Assembly: GCA_944387515.1 (NCBI GenBank)
Contig: CALXFL010000001.1
Coordinates: forward strand, 1 to 35,735
From: an uncultured Clostridia bacterium
Lineage (GTDB): Bacteria; Bacillota; Clostridia; Oscillospirales; Ruminococcaceae
Direction of reading: 5' to 3'
Length of the DNA stretch: 35,735 nucleotides
The notes under the pieces are model-generated. The model saw only the letters and a program-made list of their open reading frames with translations, was not told where the DNA came from and did no database searches. Of this stretch, positions 22,832-32,544 are shown in pieces. The translations under genes and the position numbers were made by a program. The first letter of the stretch is position 1; each line of letters opens with the position of its first letter.

Positions 22832-25153
22832 ATGTCTCAGGTAAAAAGCTTTGCCACAGCCTTTTCCCGCATGTGGCACACCGATTGGAAACCCGAGGAT
22901 GCCGGCGTGATGGCCCGGCGGAACGGAGTCATATACTGCTTCCTCAACACCCTTCTTATGGGCATCGTGGTTTGGAAAGGAATTACGCTGGTGGGGGGAC
23001 TGCTGGCGGTGGCCGTGGCTTGCTGTCAGTGGGGTGTCATGCTGGTGCGAAGCAAAAACCGGCTTCCTGCGCTGTCTGGTTTGCATTTGCTTGTTTTTAC
23101 TGATCTGATTTTGGTTTGTGTGGCCCGGTATCCCTTTTTCCTTACTGGAGTGGGTACGCAGCCACCGTGGAGCGACGGCAGCGATCCGCTTATCTGGCTT
23201 TGGGCATTGCCCGCCGTTGGTTTGCTGGTCTGGGGAATGGGCAGCATCAAGCGGCGCTGGCCGCTGCTGGCCGGTGGGCTTCTGTGGTGCTGGACCTGTA
23301 TCGTAGGAATGGGCAGCACGGATGGGTTCGAGGGCCTTGGCTCCATGGGACGCAGCCTGTTGCTGATAACCATGTCAGCCATGGTTATTTGGTACGGCGT
23401 CAGTCATGTTGCCTGCACCGTTTTGCCTCAGCAGAAAAGCGTTGGATGCTGGTTGTGGGTACCGATTCTGGTGGCACTGCCGCTCTTTCTCACCTTCTTT
23501 CCCACCCAGGCCAGCTGGATTGCCCTTTCTCTTCCCCGGCTGCTGGATGCTCTGACTCCGGGATGGATCTGGCTCTTTGTGGCTGCCATGCTCGCTTTGC
23601 TGTCGGTACCGATGCGGATGGCTCCCAATACCATGGGTGTGGATGCCCTGGGACTCTGGTGCCTGGCAGGCGGAATGGTGCTGGTCTTCGGTCTTCATCG
23701 GATGTATTTTTCCTGGTGCTGGCTGCTTTTAGGCGTGTATGCCTTTCTGTGCTTTCTGATTTTCCGGCAGGAGATGAAAAAACAGGGCACGTTGGGAATT
23801 TACAATGGGGACGTCGTGTTGCTGCTGACAGTGGCAGGGTTGTTGCTTTCGGCACTGCTGTCTCAGGGACTGTGGCCCTTGGCTGTGACGGCGGCTGTTT
23901 ACCTGCTGGCTCTCTGGACTCAGAAAAAACGGCAGGGACGGCTTTGGATACTGGCTTTGGCTATGGGCATGACCCTGATGATGGTTTTGTCCTGGTACAT
24001 CCACAGAAGCCCGATGACCCTTCTTCTCATCGCCCTCACCTTTCTCTTTACCGGTGCGGCCTTCTGGCTGCTGGACCGGCCTATGCCAGGTGGTATACAG
24101 CTATCCTGTTGGGCGGCTCCGGCAGGAGTCTGTGGGGCACTGCTTCTCTCCCTGGTGCTGGTCACCCGGGCAGGTGTGGCCATTTCGGCCAGCTGGGAGG
24201 GGGATCAGCTGCTGCTGACCCTTACACCCCGGGCAGCCGATGGACAGATTGTGAAGATAGAGGCGTACTGGGATGGACAACCCATCTCCCCCATTCCAGG
24301 AGAAAACACCCTTATTCCTGCCGGAGAGCAGCTGACGGTAAAGGCAGTAGATGAAAAGGGCGTGGAGAGCCGCCGCACCCTCTACTATCCCTATACCCTC
24401 AAGACCTTGACCCAAAGTCTGGAAACCATGGAGCAGAATGCCAGACAGTCTCTTCAGGCCTGGCAGGATGAGGTGAGGCTGAATGCGCTGCTGCTCCATG
24501 ATGCAGGAGAAGCGCCTCCTGATGCATGGGGGGAGGGAAATGCCCTCTGCCTCGCTCATCCCATGATGGCTGGGGCAGCGGATTACCGGCTGGAGATGGA
24601 GGGAAGTCCTTTTGTGACCACCAGCTTTGAGAATGGCGTTCTTACCATCACGCCAGAGGGCATCTCCAACCACAAAGCCTATGAGAGCACCCTGACCCTG
24701 CTGGACAGTGGGGGAGAGGAGCTGGACCAGTTCCACTTCTGGCTGCTGGTGGGATTTCCCGGGGAGGCGCTGCCGCTTCCGCTGGATCCGCCCACTCAGG
24801 AGCCGGTGCGGCTGGTGAGTAGCTCGGGTGCCCGGTTGGCGCAGGATGGCGGCGCTTTGTACCTGGGGCCGGCAGGCTCCTCCTGGCAGCTGTCTGCACT
24901 GGATGACGGCTATGCCTTGCAGGATTTCGGATGGTCCGATCTCTATCTCACCACGGCGGATGGTACTCTGTCCATGATCGAGGAACCGGTCAGCTGGCGC
25001 TTTGACTGTCAGTGGGTGATGGGGCAGGGCCGGTACTGGCAGCTGAGCCGGAATGGCCTGGTCCTCATGACCGACGGTGAGTCGGTCTGGCTGGAGGAAG
25101 ACCCGGAAAATGGCCTTTGTTGGACACTGACCCGTCTTTCAGAGGAGGGATAA
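22832..25153 (+). CDS. Large polytopic membrane protein (773 aa, roughly a dozen TM helices) with a ~330-aa C-terminal soluble, probably extracytoplasmic, domain
   Basis: RBS GAAAGGAGGAAGG then ATG at 22832, 13 nt after the upstream stop. Long hydrophobic N-terminal two-thirds, then a beta-rich soluble region. No family recognised. Confidence 0.75.
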   Translation: MSQVKSFATAFSRMWHTDWKPEDAGVMARRNGVIYCFLNTLLMGIVVWKGITLVGGLLAVAVACCQWGVMLVRSKNRLPALSGLHLLVFTDLILVCVARYPFFLTGVGTQPPWSDGSDPLIWLWALPAVGLLVWGMGSIKRRWPLLAGGLLWCWTCIVGMGSTDGFEGLGSMGRSLLLITMSAMVIWYGVSHVACTVLPQQKSVGCWLWVPILVALPLFLTFFPTQASWIALSLPRLLDALTPGWIWLFVAAMLALLSVPMRMAPNTMGVDALGLWCLAGGMVLVFGLHRMYFSWCWLLLGVYAFLCFLIFRQEMKKQGTLGIYNGDVVLLLTVAGLLLSALLSQGLWPLAVTAAVYLLALWTQKKRQGRLWILALAMGMTLMMVLSWYIHRSPMTLLLIALTFLFTGAAFWLLDRPMPGGIQLSCWAAPAGVCGALLLSLVLVTRAGVAISASWEGDQLLLTLTPRAADGQIVKIEAYWDGQPISPIPGENTLIPAGEQLTVKAVDEKGVESRRTLYYPYTLKTLTQSLETMEQNARQSLQAWQDEVRLNALLLHDAGEAPPDAWGEGNALCLAHPMMAGAADYRLEMEGSPFVTTSFENGVLTITPEGISNHKAYESTLTLLDSGGEELDQFHFWLLVGFPGEALPLPLDPPTQEPVRLVSSSGARLAQDGGALYLGPAGSSWQLSALDDGYALQDFGWSDLYLTTADGTLSMIEEPVSWRFDCQWVMGQGRYWQLSRNGLVLMTDGESVWLEEDPENGLCWTLTRLSEEG

Positions 25154-25155
25154 AA

Positions 25156-25944
25156 ATGTCTCGAATCCTCAATCGGATGTTTGGTGGATTGATGCTGGTT
25201 ATTGTGGTGGTGCTGGTGTTTACCGGACTGCGGGACAGCCTTCAGGCGGATGGCAGCCTGGGCCGCTCCTTTGCCCTTCTTATGGGAGAACTGCCCTTTG
25301 CCAGCCGGATTACTGGGCTGTTGGCTGTCTGGATGGGATTTTCTGATGGAATCCCTCCGATGAATACCCGGAGTCTGTTTGAGGAACTGGTACGGCTGCT
25401 GCTCATGGCGGCCATTCAGGGACCTATAACGGCCTTCCTCACCCGGCTTTTCCTGCCCATTCCTCAGAATCTTCCGTCGGCTCCCACCCGTTGGGAGGCA
25501 GAGGAACGGTACATGGCCTCTCCTGGCTACCGGATCAAATCTCTGCTGGTAGCGGTGGTGTCTGCGCCGGTGGTGGCCCTTCTGTGCGGCCAGCTGATAA
25601 AGCTGGGCGTGGGAAAGCTTCAGAACAGTCTGGGTACCGTAGGAACGATTTTGATGGGCATTCTGCTGACAGTGGTGATTTTCATGTTGTCGGTGGTCTG
25701 GCTGCTGAAACGCAGTTTCTCGCTGGCCACAGCAGTCCGCTGGCGGTTGGGCAGTACCGTGCTGGTGGGGATGGTGAAGACGGTAGGGGTGAACACCCTC
25801 TGTTTGCTTCTCTATCTCTCATTGCTGAAGCAGTGGGCGCCCGGTGTACTGGCATCGCTGGTGGGGCTGGTGGTCTGGCTGATTATACTGGAAGCCGGCG
25901 GGCGGCTGTTGCTGTCCACGCTGGTGGGTGAGCCCGGACGGTGA
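25156..25944 (+). CDS. Polytopic membrane protein (262 aa), unknown function
   Basis: RBS GAGGAGGG then ATG at 25156, 2 nt after the upstream TAA. Several hydrophobic helices. Confidence 0.7.
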   Translation: MSRILNRMFGGLMLVIVVVLVFTGLRDSLQADGSLGRSFALLMGELPFASRITGLLAVWMGFSDGIPPMNTRSLFEELVRLLLMAAIQGPITAFLTRLFLPIPQNLPSAPTRWEAEERYMASPGYRIKSLLVAVVSAPVVALLCGQLIKLGVGKLQNSLGTVGTILMGILLTVVIFMLSVVWLLKRSFSLATAVRWRLGSTVLVGMVKTVGVNTLCLLLYLSLLKQWAPGVLASLVGLVVWLIILEAGGRLLLSTLVGEPGR

Positions 25945-25960
25945 CGGTATACCCAAATAA

Positions 25961-25996
25961 GAAAGCCTCCTCTGTTTTGAAACAGAGGAGGCTTTC
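25961..25996. terminator. Bidirectional intrinsic terminator between convergent genes
   Basis: Perfect 16-bp stem GAAAGCCTCCTCTGTT / AACAGAGGAGGCTTTC with loop TTGA. T-rich on the + side (TTCCTGTCTT) and A-rich upstream (AAATAA), which serves the minus strand. Confidence 0.75.
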
Positions 25997-26008
25997 TTCC
26001 TGTCTTGC

Positions 26009-28180
26009 TCAGCCGCCCTTTCGCTGGCTGCGGTATTCGCCGGGGGTGATACCCTCGACGCTCTTGAACCGCCGGATAAAGCTGGAGGTCTGGGAATAGC
26101 CCATCCGCCGGGCAATTTCGCTCACCGGAAGGTCAGTAGAGTGAAGCAGCATCCGGATATGCTCATGACGCAGGCTGCCCATGTAGTCCGAAATGGTGGT
26201 GCCGGTCCGCTCGTGGAATAGCTTGCCCAATGCTGCCGGACTTACTTCCATGGCATCGGCAATGAGGGCGACGCTCAGGTCGGGGTTGTCTATGTTGTCA
26301 TTGATGTAGTGCAGAATCCGGTCAAAGCCGTCGGAGGGAGGCGTCTGGCGGCTCCGGATCAGCCCGATCACCTGGTCCCGCAGCAGCACCAGCCGTTGCC
26401 GGGCATCTTCTTCGCTCTGGAAGGGGGGCCAGCTGCTCATGTCGGGAACGCCTTCGGTAGGTGGAGGCTGGAGCGCACTCACTGCCCGCATGAAGGTAAT
26501 GGCGATGTCATAGCTGAGACCGGTGGAGACAAACCCTCGTCCAGTCTGAAGCTGCCCCAGCAAAGAGTCGGTGAGAAAGTAGATCCGCTCCACGTTTCCA
26601 CCTGTGATGGCGGTATATAGCCCGTCCAGCTCTGCCTGGGGATACATCATGGTCAAATTGTCTCCAGGGGGGGGACATTCATACTGGTAAATCAACTGCT
26701 CCTCCTCTCCCGGCCTCCGGGCCGACATGGCGTCACAGTAGGAAATCCAAATCTTCTGAAAATCCTCCACCGGGCTGCCGCACTGAAGAAGGAAGATCCG
26801 GCCGAATTTCCGTTCCAGCAGTCCCACGGGATGCTCCAACAGCTGGGCAAGTGTTCGGTTTTCTTTCAATTCCAGCAAAAAGAGCTGGCTTCGGTTCTCA
26901 ATATAATCAGTGCTGTAGCTGACGATGCCCTGTTCCGAGAGCAGCAGCCGCAGCTCGTGGAGAAGCGGTGGGAATGCTTCATCCGGGAAGTGTTCCTGCA
27001 GGGAGAACAGTACCACACCGAACCGTCGTCCTTCTACCAGAATACCTGCCCGGGTCAATTGGTCGGACCGGTGCAGGCTACCAGTAAAGAGCCGGTGCAG
27101 CAGCTTTTGCTGGACGGCCTGCTCTTTTTGCTGCCGCAGATCATAGTCCCGGTGGGAGAGGCGCTGAAGGGCATAGCTGGCAGCATCCAGTTCGCCGGTG
27201 GAGGCGATGGGCATCAGCTCCGGGACAAATTTCAGGAAGCTGCCGTACAGCTGATGAATGGGCCGGTAATTGCGGCGGCTCAGCAGCAGGATCAGGCCCA
27301 TACAGAGCACCGCTTCCAATATAACGCCAATGACAAAGGAGCGGCTCAGCTGATCGGCTTCCTGCATGACCATTTCATACGGCAGAATAAAGAGAATGGT
27401 AGCCGTGTAGTCGCTGCTGGTGTGGCGGTTCAGATAGTATTTTCCACTGGGGGTATCCAGCAGCTGGAAGTTGCCCTGGGTGGAACGGGCAGTGGACAGA
27501 CTTTCTTCCTGAACTTCGCCGTTCTGCCAGATCAGGATGCCGTTGTCCCACAGCATCAGGGAGAGGCTGGGGTCGGCATCCACCGGCGTGGGGAGCAGTG
27601 CTCCTGCATCCAGCCAGAAGCTCAGCGCTCCTTCCCCGTTTTCGATGGGGACCGTGTAGGCAATGACCGCCTTGGTGGTGGCAGGACCCGAACCAATGAA
27701 GGCCTCCCGGTAAAATCCCGCCTTTTCAGGGATTTCATCCAGCCGCTGAATGGAATCCGGACCGCCCTTTGCCCGGTAAAGGGCCTGGGAGGTGGTAAAG
27801 ATGACGTTGGAGTCATTCCGTTGGTAAACGATTTCAACCAGGGCTTCATTGAGCACCCGGGCCTGTTCCAGGGTTTGGCTGATCTGACCCCAGATCTGGG
27901 GAGAGCCGCCGGGTTCTTGGATTTGCAGGGCATTTTTTTCTGCCAGCATTTCGGCAATCCGATCACACTGGTAGAGCGTTCGCTGGAAATAGGTCTCGGT
28001 GCGGGCACAGGTGGCCTCAGCCAGGGAAAACAGCTTCTGGGTGTACCGCTGGCCAATAAAGCTGGTGAAAAAGACCGAAAAGGTGAGAATCGGAATCACC
28101 AGAATGAGACAGAGCGAGAGGAAAAAGGTGAGATAGTCCCGCTTGCTCCGGAAATAGGAAACGATGGCATCGAGCTTCAT
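26009..28180 (-). CDS. AraC/XylS-family transcriptional regulator with an N-terminal TM and extracytoplasmic sensor-like region
   Basis: C-terminal AraC HTH: ...LSVALIADAMEVSPAALGKLFHERTGTTISDYMGSLRHEHIRMLLHSTDLPVSEIARRMGYSQTSSFIRRFKSVEGITPGEYR. Two TM helices flank a ~270-aa domain. Start MKLDAIVSYF chosen at 28180, with GAAGG 6 nt upstream. Confidence 0.85.
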   Translation of the reverse strand: MKLDAIVSYFRSKRDYLTFFLSLCLILVIPILTFSVFFTSFIGQRYTQKLFSLAEATCARTETYFQRTLYQCDRIAEMLAEKNALQIQEPGGSPQIWGQISQTLEQARVLNEALVEIVYQRNDSNVIFTTSQALYRAKGGPDSIQRLDEIPEKAGFYREAFIGSGPATTKAVIAYTVPIENGEGALSFWLDAGALLPTPVDADPSLSLMLWDNGILIWQNGEVQEESLSTARSTQGNFQLLDTPSGKYYLNRHTSSDYTATILFILPYEMVMQEADQLSRSFVIGVILEAVLCMGLILLLSRRNYRPIHQLYGSFLKFVPELMPIASTGELDAASYALQRLSHRDYDLRQQKEQAVQQKLLHRLFTGSLHRSDQLTRAGILVEGRRFGVVLFSLQEHFPDEAFPPLLHELRLLLSEQGIVSYSTDYIENRSQLFLLELKENRTLAQLLEHPVGLLERKFGRIFLLQCGSPVEDFQKIWISYCDAMSARRPGEEEQLIYQYECPPPGDNLTMMYPQAELDGLYTAITGGNVERIYFLTDSLLGQLQTGRGFVSTGLSYDIAITFMRAVSALQPPPTEGVPDMSSWPPFQSEEDARQRLVLLRDQVIGLIRSRQTPPSDGFDRILHYINDNIDNPDLSVALIADAMEVSPAALGKLFHERTGTTISDYMGSLRHEHIRMLLHSTDLPVSEIARRMGYSQTSSFIRRFKSVEGITPGEYRSQRKGG

Positions 28181-28438
28181 AGGCATCCTTCTTATGGATT
28201 GTTCTGGGGAGGAGTGTCCGGGTTCACAGTGTGGTGAAGCAGATGTTCCCAAAAGAAAAATCCCGATATGGACAGCATCCTCATGAAGTCAGAGAAGTTT
28301 TGTCAGGTTTGCAAAGATATTCTGAAAATGTATGAGAACAGTATAACACATTCCCCGAAAACTTTCAATCATTTCCCCGGTCTCTCTGCGGTCTGGTAAA
28401 AATCATGTCAGGAACCTCTTTTCAACCTGTGAAAACCG

Positions 28439-28467
28439 TTGACATTTGGCTCATCCTGCATTATCAT
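28439..28467 (+). promoter_or_regulatory. Sigma-A-type promoter for the MATE gene, with a palindrome over the -10
   Basis: TTGACA (28439-28444), 17-nt spacer, TATCAT (28462-28467). The inverted repeat CCTGCAT-N7-ATGCAGG (28455-28475) overlaps the -10. Confidence 0.55.
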
Positions 28468-28509
28468 AATGCAGGACATTTTCAAAAAAAGACAGGAGGA
28501 AACATTGTC

Positions 28510-29859
28510 GTGGTACGGGACCTTACCAGTGGAAGCCCATTGCGGCTCATCATTCAATTTACCATCCCGCTCATGTGCGGAAATTTCTTTCAGCAGTTTT
28601 ACAACATGGCGGACAGCATCATTGTGGGTCAGTTTCTCGGTGTAAAGCCCCTGGCAGCAGTGGGGGCAACCGGCTGTCTCAATTTTCTCATCATCGGATT
28701 TGTGTTGGGCGTATGCAGCGGCTTTTCCATTCCCATCGCCCAGTTTTTTGGTGCGGGGGATTATAAGAGTTTGCGGCGGTGTGTAGCCAATGCCGTCTGG
28801 ATGGGAATTGCCATGACAGTGGTGCTGACTACTGCCACGGTACTGGGCTGCCGGTGGATTCTCACCCTTTTACAGACGCCCGCGGATATTTTTGAGGATG
28901 CTTATGCCTACATTGTCATCATCTTCGCCGGTATCGGCACCACCTTCCTATATAATCTGCTCTCTGGCTTCCTCCGGGCACTAGGAGACAGCCGCAGCCC
29001 GCTGGTCTTCCTGATTATCAGCTCGGCGCTCAATGTGGGACTGGATCTGCTCTTCATTGCAGGGTTTCATACCGGCGTGGAAGGTGCTGCTCTGGCTACC
29101 GTCATTGCCCAGGGCATTTCCGGTGTGCTCTGTCTCTTCTACATCATAAAGAAGTTCCCCATTCTGCGGGTCAGTGGTTCCGAATGGCGGCTGGATGCCG
29201 GACAGATCCGCAAGCTCACCGGCATGGGCGTTCCCATGGGCCTTCAGTTTTCCATCACTGCTGTAGGCTCCACCATCCTGCAAAGCGCTGTCAATGTGTT
29301 GGGATCCGGCGCTGTGGCCGCCGTCACTGCGGGCAGCAAGGTGCAGATGATCCTTACCGTGCCGATGGAGACGCTGGGCGTCACAATTGCCACCTATGCC
29401 GGCCAGAATCTGGGCGCCGGTAAGATCGAACGGGTGCAGGCAGGCGTGCGCCAATCCCTGATTCTGGGTATTGGCTATGCAGTGGTAGCCTGTATTATCA
29501 ACATCGCCGTGGGAACCTCTATTGCCCGGCTCTTTATCTCGGGCGGAGAGACAGCCATTATGGATCAGGTAGGGCAGTTCCTGTGGATGAACAGCCTTTT
29601 CTATCCGCTTCTTGCCAGCCTGCTGGTGCTTCGTAACGCCATTCAGGGCCTGGGCTTTGGCGTTCCGGCCATGGCTGCCGGTGTGTTTGAGATGGTTGCC
29701 CGGTCTCTGGTGGCCCTCTGCCTGGTGTCGGCTTTTGCCTTTCCGGCAGTTTGTATGGCAAACCCGGCTGCCTGGGTCGCAGCTAATCTGTTGCTGATTC
29801 CCGTCTATCGGGTGGTCATTCACCGTCTGCGTCACACCTATCCGGCCAGCACAATCTGA
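28510..29859 (+). CDS. MATE family efflux transporter
   Basis: GTG at 28510 lies 9 nt after AGGAGGA (28494-28500). The N-terminus VRDLTSGSPLRLIIQFTIPLMCGNFFQQFYNMADSIIVGQFLG is MATE-typical. 12-TM-like profile. Confidence 0.85.
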   Translation: MVRDLTSGSPLRLIIQFTIPLMCGNFFQQFYNMADSIIVGQFLGVKPLAAVGATGCLNFLIIGFVLGVCSGFSIPIAQFFGAGDYKSLRRCVANAVWMGIAMTVVLTTATVLGCRWILTLLQTPADIFEDAYAYIVIIFAGIGTTFLYNLLSGFLRALGDSRSPLVFLIISSALNVGLDLLFIAGFHTGVEGAALATVIAQGISGVLCLFYIIKKFPILRVSGSEWRLDAGQIRKLTGMGVPMGLQFSITAVGSTILQSAVNVLGSGAVAAVTAGSKVQMILTVPMETLGVTIATYAGQNLGAGKIERVQAGVRQSLILGIGYAVVACIINIAVGTSIARLFISGGETAIMDQVGQFLWMNSLFYPLLASLLVLRNAIQGLGFGVPAMAAGVFEMVARSLVALCLVSAFAFPAVCMANPAAWVAANLLLIPVYRVVIHRLRHTYPASTI

Positions 29860-29941
29860 CTCTGGGAGCAGAAAGATGATAATGACGTTTTCTGTTAAAA
29901 GATTCATCTTTTCTGCTGCTTTTCCAGCCGCTACAAAGCGG

Positions 29942-29970
29942 CCGGACTTGTCCTGTCCGGACAGTTTTTT
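29942..29970 (+). terminator. Probable intrinsic terminator after the MATE gene
   Basis: Stem CCGGAC (29942-29947) / GTCCGG (29955-29960), followed by ACAGTTTTTT. A second small hairpin GCCGCT/AGCGGC lies just upstream. Confidence 0.5.
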
Positions 29971-30080
29971 CAGTATGGCTATTTGAGCAGGAATATGGAT
30001 TTTTCGATTATCTTTTAACAGATGAGCAAGATTGTTTCATAAATCCGCAAAAATCGAGCAATAAATTGGTTTCCCCGTCC

Positions 30081-30109
30081 TTGCCAAAGCAATCAAATAC
30101 AGGTAGAAT
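30081..30109 (+). promoter_or_regulatory. Putative sigma-A promoter for the oxidoreductase operon
   Basis: TTGCCA (30081-30086), 17-nt spacer, TAGAAT (30104-30109). Confidence 0.5.
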
Positions 30110-30159
30110 AAAAGTAGAGAGCAAAGCTCAAAAGATGGAAACAGAGGAGAATTAAAATC

Positions 30160-31203
30160 ATGAAGAAAACGTACGGCGTTGTATTGATCGGATGCGGCCA
30201 TATCGGAAAGGCCCATATCAGCGATATTTATTTTCGGGAAGAAATCGATATCATCGGCGTCGTGGATCTCCAGCCGGAGCTTGCGAAAGCCTTTGCCAAA
30301 CGGTTCGGCGCCAAGGAATGGAGCACCGATTACCGGGATTTTCTGAACCGCCCCGATGTGGATATCGTCATCATTGCCACCTATGTGGCTACCCATCTGT
30401 CCATCCTGCGGGAGTGTCTGGCTGCTGGTAAGCACGTCCTCTGTGAAAAGCCCATCGCTTCCAGCCTGGAGGAGGGCGAGGAGTTCTACCATCTGGTTAA
30501 ATCCCATCCCGAATGCCGGGTACAGGTGGCTCATATTCTCCGATACAACGAAACCTACCGCCGGGCCGCTCAGATGATCCATGACGGCATGATCGGTGAG
30601 GTGCGTCTGATCCGGATGGCCCAGAACCATCATATCATGAACCGGGAACGGTACGCCACCCTGCTGCGGGATTGCCCGCCCATTGTAGATTGCGGCGTTC
30701 ATTATGTGGATGTCATCCGCTGGTTTACCGGTATGGACATTGTAACCCTCAGCGGTGTCGGCTGCCGGATTGGCGACGTTGCCCCCGAGGACACCTACAA
30801 CTACGGCCTGCTGACCATGCAGCTGGAAAATGGCGCTTCGGCCTTTTATGAAGCTGCCTGGGCTGACACTACGGCATCCAGCAACCTGAAGGAATTCATC
30901 GGCGATAAGGGCCGCATCCGGCTGGTGCTTCAGGAATACCGCTTCCAGGACCACGAGGAAGGGGATCTGATCGAGTACTACGATGCCGTGGAGAATGTCT
31001 ACCACACCATCAACATCCGCTCCAAATACAAAAATATGTGGGGACAGCTTCAGGGCCTGATCCGCAGCATCGAGACCGGCGTCGAAACCTTCCCCACCAT
31101 CGACGATGTATACATTGCTTTCCGGCTGGCGCTGCTGGGCGACCAGGCCATCAAGGAGGAGAAGTTTGTCAACCTCCGCTCTGACCGGGAGCTGCTGGAC
31201 TGA
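30160..31203 (+). CDS. Gfo/Idh/MocA family NAD(P)-dependent oxidoreductase
   Basis: RBS AGAGGAGA then ATG at 30160. N-terminal Rossmann motif VVLIGCGHIGKAH and the family EKP motif (VLCEKPIA). Confidence 0.9.
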   Translation: MKKTYGVVLIGCGHIGKAHISDIYFREEIDIIGVVDLQPELAKAFAKRFGAKEWSTDYRDFLNRPDVDIVIIATYVATHLSILRECLAAGKHVLCEKPIASSLEEGEEFYHLVKSHPECRVQVAHILRYNETYRRAAQMIHDGMIGEVRLIRMAQNHHIMNRERYATLLRDCPPIVDCGVHYVDVIRWFTGMDIVTLSGVGCRIGDVAPEDTYNYGLLTMQLENGASAFYEAAWADTTASSNLKEFIGDKGRIRLVLQEYRFQDHEEGDLIEYYDAVENVYHTINIRSKYKNMWGQLQGLIRSIETGVETFPTIDDVYIAFRLALLGDQAIKEEKFVNLRSDRELLD

Positions 31204-31205
31204 GT

Positions 31206-31727
31206 ATGGCGGCGCTGAGAAAGATGCTGGGCAGTCCGGAGGATCCGCTCTGCCGGGAGATGATGGCGGTGATCGATACCCAGTCCCTTCAGACATTGGC
31301 TGCCTGGGCGGCGGATACAGCACTCCAGCGGTATCTGCCGGTATATGAAGCGGCAGGCGGAGAACCAGCTCTTCGCCAGGAGGCGGAGGTATGCCGGGAA
31401 TTGATTGGGGCAGGTGGGAAGCCTGCGGCACTGGCTCCTCACCTGCGGGAGCTGACCCGGTTGGCCCGGGAGACCCAGGGCGCGGCAGCGCAGGCAGCGG
31501 CCCGGGCGGTATCGGTGGCCTGCGGGGTGATGCGCTCTCCGGGGAATGCATTAGGGTTTGTGTTCTATGGAGCGGCGGCCATGGCTTACAGCCAGGCCGG
31601 TATTCATGAAACCAGTGAGGTTTACGACGGGCTGGCCCGGCAGGAGTGGGCAGCGGTGTTGGATTCCCTCAAAATGGCTGCTTTGCCGGATGAGGAGAAT
31701 CCGGTTAAAATTGATTGGAACTGTTAA
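31206..31727 (+). CDS. All-alpha hypothetical protein; from memory resembles a Firmicutes family sometimes annotated as putative immunity (Imm5-like) protein
   Basis: ATG lies 2 nt after the upstream TGA (coupled). Ala/Leu-rich helical sequence ending ...ENPVKIDWNC. The family assignment is recollection only. Confidence 0.6.
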   Translation: MAALRKMLGSPEDPLCREMMAVIDTQSLQTLAAWAADTALQRYLPVYEAAGGEPALRQEAEVCRELIGAGGKPAALAPHLRELTRLARETQGAAAQAAARAVSVACGVMRSPGNALGFVFYGAAAMAYSQAGIHETSEVYDGLARQEWAAVLDSLKMAALPDEENPVKIDWNC

Positions 31728-31730
31728 AAA

Positions 31731-31772
31731 ATCGGCATGGCTTCGGCTGTGCCGATTTTGCTTTGGTTTTTT
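31731..31772 (+). terminator. Intrinsic terminator
   Basis: Stem ATCGGCA (31731-31737) / TGCCGAT (31750-31756), followed by TTTGCTTTGGTTTTTT. Confidence 0.6.
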
Positions 31773-31815
31773 ATAGGGGAAGCTGAAAGAGCAGACTTGC
31801 TGTACCGGACAGAGA

Positions 31816-31844
31816 TTGCGCTTTCTATTCGTGCGTGGTATAAT
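31816..31844 (+). promoter_or_regulatory. Putative promoter with extended -10
   Basis: TTGCGC (31816-31821), 17-nt spacer, TGgTATAAT (31836-31844). Confidence 0.55.
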
Positions 31845-31892
31845 TTTCTTGTCTGACAAGCCGGTTTGCCGGCAGCAAAAGGAGAGATCAGC

Positions 31893-32456
31893 TTGAAGCT
31901 CAATACCCTGGGCATTGCCCATACTTTTTTGGAGCAGCACATCACCCCTGGCAGCTTCTGCATCGATGCTACCGCCGGGCGGGGCCGGGATACTGCCTTT
32001 CTCTGCCGGCTGGTGGGGGAGCAGGGGAAAGTGCTGGCCTTTGACATCCAGCAGGAGGCCGTGGAAGCCACCCGCACCCGTCTGAAGGAAGAAGAGTTGG
32101 ACGCCATCGGAGAGGTGGTACTGGACAGCCATATCCATATGGATCAGTATGCCCAGCCTGGAACAGTAGACGCTGTGGTCTTCAACTTTGGCTACCTGCC
32201 CGGCGGGGACCATCGGATTTTTACCCGCCCCGAGACCAGCATTCCCGCTGTGGAGCAGGGGCTTTCCCTGTTACGGGAGGGGGGCGTGCTCTGCGCCTGT
32301 GTCTACCATGGCGGCGACACCGGCTATGAGGAACGGGATGCCCTGATGGACTATTTTGCCACCATTGACAGCAAGGTCTATACCGTTCTGGTCTGCGACT
32401 TCCGCAACCGGCCGGGGGATCCGCCCATTGCCGTCCTTATCTGGAAGCGCACCTGA
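31893..32456 (+). CDS. Class I SAM-dependent methyltransferase, YtqB (putative rRNA/tRNA methylase) family
   Basis: TTG at 31893 lies 6 nt after AAAGGAGAG. FCIDATAGRGRDTAFLCRLVGEQGKVLAFDIQQEAV parallels B. subtilis YtqB ...[31 protein letters not shown] (recalled). Confidence 0.75.
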   Translation: MKLNTLGIAHTFLEQHITPGSFCIDATAGRGRDTAFLCRLVGEQGKVLAFDIQQEAVEATRTRLKEEELDAIGEVVLDSHIHMDQYAQPGTVDAVVFNFGYLPGGDHRIFTRPETSIPAVEQGLSLLREGGVLCACVYHGGDTGYEERDALMDYFATIDSKVYTVLVCDFRNRPGDPPIAVLIWKRT

Positions 32457-32544
32457 GGAGCCCCCTTGTGTAAAGGACCTGCTCTGTGGTATACTGAATG
32501 GAAACGACTTTCATGCGCCGTCCGGAGGCGGCAGGAGGCTTTTG

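Noticed and set aside
26831-28237. 468-aa + strand ORF opposite the AraC regulator, 504-aa minus-strand ORF (30037-31551) opposite the oxidoreductase, and 412-aa alternative-frame ORF (23116-24354) inside the polytopic membrane gene.
   Set aside because: Same reasoning. The competing frames carry unmistakable family signatures (AraC HTH, Rossmann/EKP, TM helices). These ORFs are low-complexity and lack translation signals.
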